DNA from: an uncultured Candidatus Saccharibacteria bacterium
Lineage (GTDB): Bacteria > Patescibacteriota > Saccharimonadia > CAILAD01 > BJGX01
Length of the DNA: 64,000 nucleotides
Reading direction: 5' to 3'
Assembly (NCBI GenBank): GCA_964390265.1
Contig: CAYMHI010000001.1
Location: 8,345 to 72,344 of the forward strand
Shown here: positions 59,025 through 64,000 of the stretch, in pieces
How positions within the stretch are numbered: the first letter of the stretch is position 1
Layout: each line of letters starts with the position of its first letter
Position numbers and translations under genes: made by a program
Notes under the pieces: generated by a model
What the model saw: the letters and a program-made list of their open reading frames with translations, nothing else
Told to the model about the DNA's origin: nothing
The model's database searches: none

Positions 59025-59093
59025 TGCTATAGTATATAGCAATGATTTTATATAAACTAGCAAAAAAACTATTAAATTGAGCTATGTGCCTAG

Positions 59094-60599
59094 TTAAGTA
59101 CTGGCCGGTGGGGCTGGGTTAGGTGGTGTGGTAGAGCTTGCAGTATTGGCCGACATATTATTTGTATTGTTCAAAGGTGAAGCCGGAGGATTGTAAAAAG
59201 GCGCTGGTTGGCTGGGCGCAGCATTTGCTGCTGGCGTACTATTGGGTGGAACATAGGCTGAAGAGTACGATGGTGTAGTTGGTGTTATCGGCTCGTAGTT
59301 AGAGGCTACTGGTGATTTTTGGTTGGCCATAGGTGCAGTGACAACATTAGAGCTGCCGGCTTGCTTTTGGTTGGCATCAAGATCAGCTTCTATCTCAAGT
59401 AAACGATTGTATTTAGCCACTCGCTCACCTCTAATAGGAGCACCTAGCTTTAGACCCATAGCGCCCACCCCGTAAGCCAAGTCGGCTATGAGCGAGTCGT
59501 TGGTTTCGCCGCTTCGTTGGCTAATAATCACTTTGGCCTTGCTGGCTCTGGCGGCATTTATAGCATCAAAAGTTTCACTAAATGTACCTACTTGGTTGGG
59601 TTTAATAATTATTCCATCAAACAGTTCATCGGCCTGCAGCTGCTCAATTTTGGCTTTATTGGTAACGGTAAAATCATCACCAATTATCAAAAACGGCTTG
59701 TTTTGCCCCTTCATACTTTTTATTATCTCGGTACCTTCGAGATCGTTTTCGGCAAACGGGTCTTCTATAGAGTAAATATTAAATTTGGTGTTCCAGCTCT
59801 CATAAAGTTTTAACAGGTCTGAAGCGTGTAGACTTTGAGTTTCAATATTATACATACCGTCTTTATAAAAAGTATTGGCTGCCGCAGCCAGAGCTATATC
59901 AAACTTATTGCTCATTTTGTTATTAAGCTGCGAAAGAGCTTCTAAAATAACCTCGGTGCTGGTTCCTACCGGCGCCAAACCTCCTACATCGCCCACTAAG
60001 GTAGCTGACGGACCATAGAGATTTTGCATGACAGTGCGTATGGTGTGGTATACCTCATAAATGGTAGAAATCGCCGCACTAGGTGAATTTACCTGAGGCA
60101 CTACCATATACTCTTGTATATCAAGTCCGGGGGCATGCATGCCACCACCAATAATATCGGCAAAGAGGCGCGGAAATTCTGGACTGGTTTGGTTATGCTC
60201 GGCAATATACTGCCAGAGCGGTTTTTCACTCACTAGTGCTGAGAGTTTGAGATACGCTCCTGAGAGCGCCAAAAGAGTATTGGCACCAAGGTTTTCTTTG
60301 CGTTCTGAGCCATCAAGAGCTATTAACAGTTCGTCAAAATCTTTCTGTTCATCTAGCGGGTAGCCAATAAACTTAGGAGAAATGACAGTGTTTATTACAC
60401 CAATACAACCCTGCACGCCATTACCAGCGAAAGGTCCTTCGCCATCACGTTTTTCTGCTGCCTCGGTAAGCCCAAGGCTGGCGCTGGCTGGAGCAGCAAA
60501 ACTTGCCTTGAGACCATTGTCTGAGTACATCATAACTAGCAGAGTAGGTTCGCCGCGCGAATCGAATATTTGGTAAGGAGTAATTTTTTTAATAGTCAT
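59094..60599 (-). CDS. eno: Enolase homologue with altered catalytic residues and Pro/Ser/Ala/Asn-rich tail
   Basis: DSRG.PT, LGAN, SIEDP, GDD, IKPNQVG, RSGET, ERVAKYNRL. Confidence 0.85.
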   Translation of the reverse strand: MTIKKITPYQIFDSRGEPTLLVMMYSDNGLKASFAAPASASLGLTEAAEKRDGEGPFAGNGVQGCIGVINTVISPKFIGYPLDEQKDFDELLIALDGSERKENLGANTLLALSGAYLKLSALVSEKPLWQYIAEHNQTSPEFPRLFADIIGGGMHAPGLDIQEYMVVPQVNSPSAAISTIYEVYHTIRTVMQNLYGPSATLVGDVGGLAPVGTSTEVILEALSQLNNKMSNKFDIALAAAANTFYKDGMYNIETQSLHASDLLKLYESWNTKFNIYSIEDPFAENDLEGTEIIKSMKGQNKPFLIIGDDFTVTNKAKIEQLQADELFDGIIIKPNQVGTFSETFDAINAARASKAKVIISQRSGETNDSLIADLAYGVGAMGLKLGAPIRGERVAKYNRLLEIEADLDANQKQAGSSNVVTAPMANQKSPVASNYEPITPTTPSYSSAYVPPNSTPAANAAPSQPAPFYNPPASPLNNTNNMSANTASSTTPPNPAPPAST

Positions 60600-60822
60600 A
60601 TCAAATGGTGATTTGTTATTAGATTATTATACCATAAGTGTTTTATCAAAATAAGCTATGTTTGACACACCACTAAGTTATATAAGATTTTACTATAATG
60701 CTTATGTATATGTCAAAAAGTACTGACAAATGCTTGTGGAAAAGATATGCAAAAAGTTGTCAATAAAACGTAACATAAACACATATAATAAAATACTCCA
60801 ATCTAACAGATTGGAGGTATGT

Positions 60823-61725
60823 TTATGAGGCTGGTCGCTCAAGCCTTAGAATATTTGATTTGGGTCGTTTGCTGCTTCGAAAAGCGGGGTTGAGCTTGAT
60901 CATCAGATTCATCCAGGCGATGGCCATATATTCTTGCCGGTGCCAGCCCAGGCTCTTGTCGCCAAAACTACGAGCGGCAAAGAGCATGATGGCCATTAGC
61001 AAAATTGCTGTGGGGTCGGTTGGAAAATGCACGAGGCCTATCCAGCCAATCACGCAAGCTACAATTTGCAAGTTGAATTTTACCTTCCCGGCAGTAGAAG
61101 CCCCAGGGTCGCTAAATTCTGGTGCGTAGCCTTTGACTTCACTTAGTAGTTTGCGAAACGGCCCAACCGAGAGCCGAATAAGTTTGAGCTCAACGTGCAA
61201 ACACCACAATGCCAGGCTAAAGGCTACCAAGCAAAAAGCCGGCGAGTATTCAAAGAAGCTACTGATGCAATAGGTCAAAACTATGCAGGTAAAGCAGAAC
61301 TTGTCAGATGCGGGGTCGAGCCGACTACCAAACTCTGACACGGCATCGAGGTCGCGAGCACAAGGCCCATCGATTGCATCTAGCGCCTGTATTAGCAGCA
61401 TGACTACAAACCAACTCGAAGCTTGGCTGTTTTGCCCATTGTAGATATTGATGAAAAGATAGTAGCAGACATACACGGTTGCTGGTATTCTAAACCAGCT
61501 CATAGCGTTAGGTAGTTGCTTGACGGTTTTTACCAGCCAGGTCTGGTGAGTTTTTTGACCCATCCAAATTAGGCCGAGCGCCCACCAGTTGACCAGTAGT
61601 TTGGCAATTACTTCAAAGACAAACTTAAATGCCTTGACCGGTTTGGGGTCGCGACCATGCAGACTCGGAAAGTACAGCAGTCGAGCTGTCACAATGATCC
61701 CTTTCAATTGATAGGTACAAAACAT
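60823..61725 (-). CDS. CDP-alcohol phosphatidyltransferase family protein
   Basis: PN.MS.FR, DAIDG..AR......FG..LDP..DK motif; start uncertain. Confidence 0.85.
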   Translation of the reverse strand: MFCTYQLKGIIVTARLLYFPSLHGRDPKPVKAFKFVFEVIAKLLVNWWALGLIWMGQKTHQTWLVKTVKQLPNAMSWFRIPATVYVCYYLFINIYNGQNSQASSWFVVMLLIQALDAIDGPCARDLDAVSEFGSRLDPASDKFCFTCIVLTYCISSFFEYSPAFCLVAFSLALWCLHVELKLIRLSVGPFRKLLSEVKGYAPEFSDPGASTAGKVKFNLQIVACVIGWIGLVHFPTDPTAILLMAIMLFAARSFGDKSLGWHRQEYMAIAWMNLMIKLNPAFRSSKRPKSNILRLERPAS

Positions 61726-61798
61726 TAACTAGTATACCGAGTTTATTGTGGGGCGCAACCCTGGTACAATGTAGCATAAGGACTTATGTATCAAACTT

Positions 61799-63079
61799 AT
61801 GAAATTACCCGGCTTCAAATCTAAGAAAAAAACTGGCCAATACCTGGTGTCGCTTGATATTGGCACCGAGTATGTAAAAGCTCTAATTGGCCAGGTGAAA
61901 GACCATACCGACCATACTGGTAAAACCTATCAGGCTGTAGAGATAATCGGTGTTGGCCGTCAACGCCAACGACTTACCGACATGGCTGGCGGCGCAGTTA
62001 CTGACATTTCTGGTGTTGTAGAGAATTGCGACGCCGCCCTCAGCCGAGCCGAAGAGACAGCCAATGTGGTGGCCAAAGACGCCGTGCTAGGCATTGCTGG
62101 CGAATTGGTAAAAGGCGGTACTACTAGCGTAAGTTATCGCCGGGCTAGGCCCGAAATTAAAATCGACCAAGCTGAACTCACCGATATTATTGAACGTATT
62201 CAAAAGCAAGCTTTTGAAGATGTTAAAAAGCAACTTAGCTGGGAGACAGGCAAACGTGAGCTTGAGGTCAAGCTAGTTAATGCTGCCGTAGTAGATGTGC
62301 ACATTGACGGCTACAGAGTGACTAACCCTGTAGGGTTTCAGGGTAAAGACGTTACTATTCAAATATTTAATGCCTTTGCACCCATGGTGCACTTAGGCGC
62401 ATTACAAACCGTGGCGGCTGATTTAGATCTTAATTTAATAAATATTGCCGCTGAGCCTTTTGCAGTAGCTAAAAGTGTGGGGGCCGACGACAGTACTGAG
62501 TTTAGCGCCGTTTTTATAGATATTGGTGGTGGAACCAGCGATATTGCTGTGGTGAATAACGGTGGGGTAGAGGGCACCCAAATGTTTGCCATTGGTGGGC
62601 GCAGTTTTACCAAACGAATTAGCGCTAGTCTGGGGGTTAATTATAATCAAGCCGAAGATCTCAAGCTAGATCACACCGCCGGAAAACTAAGCGACAGACA
62701 AGAAAAAGACGTCACAGATGCCCTTAAGAGCGATGTGGAGACCTGGCTAAGCGGCGTAGAGCTTGCCCTTGGTGAGTTTGAAAGTATTGAGCATTTGCCC
62801 AATAGAATACTGTTGTGTGGTGGCGGTTCGGCTCTTCCCGAAATTAAGCACGCGCTTACCGGTAGTGACTGGTATAAAGGCTTGCCTTTTACCCGTAAAC
62901 CTACCATAGATTTTATACACCCCTCGCAAGTTAATAGAGTTATTGATACTACCGGCCAGCTGACCAGCCCGCAAGACATTACCCCGATGGGTCTGGCCAA
63001 CTTAGGCCTTGATATCATTGGCTCGCAGAGTGCAGGCGAGAATGTGCTACAAAGGTTGAGCAGGACACTATCTTTATAG
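61799..63079 (+). CDS. FtsA-like actin-fold protein
   Basis: LDIGT..VK, AEP.A, IDIGGGTSD, IGG..FT, AE.LK, LCGGGS.LP. Confidence 0.85.
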   Translation: MKLPGFKSKKKTGQYLVSLDIGTEYVKALIGQVKDHTDHTGKTYQAVEIIGVGRQRQRLTDMAGGAVTDISGVVENCDAALSRAEETANVVAKDAVLGIAGELVKGGTTSVSYRRARPEIKIDQAELTDIIERIQKQAFEDVKKQLSWETGKRELEVKLVNAAVVDVHIDGYRVTNPVGFQGKDVTIQIFNAFAPMVHLGALQTVAADLDLNLINIAAEPFAVAKSVGADDSTEFSAVFIDIGGGTSDIAVVNNGGVEGTQMFAIGGRSFTKRISASLGVNYNQAEDLKLDHTAGKLSDRQEKDVTDALKSDVETWLSGVELALGEFESIEHLPNRILLCGGGSALPEIKHALTGSDWYKGLPFTRKPTIDFIHPSQVNRVIDTTGQLTSPQDITPMGLANLGLDIIGSQSAGENVLQRLSRTLSL

Positions 63080-63238
63080 TTTATAGATTATTATGCTGTA
63101 TCTTTTTAAAAGCCGGCAATTAATAATTTGATCAATTAAGATTTACAATACTAGTCACACCAAAACGCTCATGTTGGTTATTTGTAACGAAAGGAGCACT
63201 GCAAGCTTAAGCCAATTGCGGTATAATAATTAAAGATT

Positions 63239-64000
63239 ATGCCCGAAAACACCCACCCAGATGTAATATATTTAGAAGCCGACTCAGAAATAACCGAGGC
63301 GATAGATAAGCTCAAAGCCAGCCACGGTGAAGAGGTACGATTAGCTGTACCTGCTCGCAGCACTATGCTGCAAAGTGCAGTGAATCTTAAGCTACTCAAA
63401 AAGGCCGCCACCAGCAGTCACAAAAAGCTCGTACTAGTTAGTACCGACAAAGCCACTGCCAGCTTGGCTGCTGGGCTAGGAATATTGCTAGCCCACAATG
63501 TAAAGGCTGAGGCCGGTGTGCCCGATGCGCCAATTGCCCAACCAGCCGCGGCTAGCCATGAGCCGGTGGTATTAGAGCAAGAAAAACCAGCCGAGACAGG
63601 CTCAGAGTCTCCATCCAAGCCTAGTAAGTTATCTAGCAAAAGTGGGAGTTTTGAGAAAAAACATATTTCGCTAACCGACGACGACGAGCCCACAACCGAA
63701 GAAACCAAAAAACTTAGCCGTATAGAAAAACGAGCTGCCAAAAAAAATGAGCCCAAGGTACCTAATTTTATGGGTCTTAATAAAAAAATTGCCATTTTTG
63801 CCGGTGCAGCCCTAGTATTACTACTACTTATTCTGGCCTATGTATTCTTGCCGACCGCCAAAATAACACTACTCGCCAAGGCCGTTAAAACACCCGTAAA
63901 TGTCAAATTCACTCTCGATGCTGGTACTAAAAAATCTGATTACGAAAACGGCTTACTAGCGGCCGATCAAATAAGTACTACTAAAGACTTAAGCGCCCAA
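63239..64000 (+). CDS. Hypothetical membrane protein, 3'-partial
   Basis: Open to the window end; IYLEADSEITEAIDKL..LQSAVNLKLLKK N-terminal domain, disordered linker, TM, LPTAKITL. Confidence 0.75.
   Translation, partial: MPENTHPDVIYLEADSEITEAIDKLKASHGEEVRLAVPARSTMLQSAVNLKLLKKAATSSHKKLVLVSTDKATASLAAGLGILLAHNVKAEAGVPDAPIAQPAAASHEPVVLEQEKPAETGSESPSKPSKLSSKSGSFEKKHISLTDDDEPTTEETKKLSRIEKRAAKKNEPKVPNFMGLNKKIAIFAGAALVLLLLILAYVFLPTAKITLLAKAVKTPVNVKFTLDAGTKKSDYENGLLAADQISTTKDLSAQ

Noticed and set aside
60735-60743. DnaA-box-like 9-mer in an AT-rich intergenic region
   Set aside because: Single mismatched box with no cluster and no dnaA nearby

Overview
A 64 kb chromosomal window from a low-GC, genome-reduced bacterium, most consistent with Patescibacteria/CPR, possibly Saccharimonadia-like. 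This is inferred from the short TsaB and AlaS, archaeal/eukaryote-type ProRS, apparent leaderless genes, DUF5652 and the FtsA-like gene pair. The standard genetic code fits (TGA = stop). Housekeeping content includes tsaE/tsaB, rny, HU, mgtE, hisS, trpS, proS, metG, alaS, pgk/pyk/tpiA/ppa, pcrA, rsmA, tatD, cysteine desulfurase, mnmA and 8 tRNA genes. No CRISPR array, rRNA or transposase was seen. Most notable: (1) a repeated structured non-coding element (hairpin-GAGGA-long stem-GACGA) abutting the 5' ends of several tRNA genes, plus a second element family in tRNA 3' trailers that rebuilds a split T-arm; (2) a tryptophan-themed island with a short-Stem-I Trp T-box riboswitch controlling a lone divergent TrpD, tRNA-Trp, a TrpRS with a 4-Cys Fe-S motif and a chorismate mutase-methyltransferase fusion; (3) an ornithine decarboxylase + GNAT-like + DUF2156 + 7TM histidine kinase module resembling a signal synthase/receptor pair; (4) apparent pseudoenzymes (enolase and ATCase homologues lacking catalytic residues); (5) an LAxTG surface protein next to a sortase. 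All family calls are by-eye motif recognition; no searches were run.
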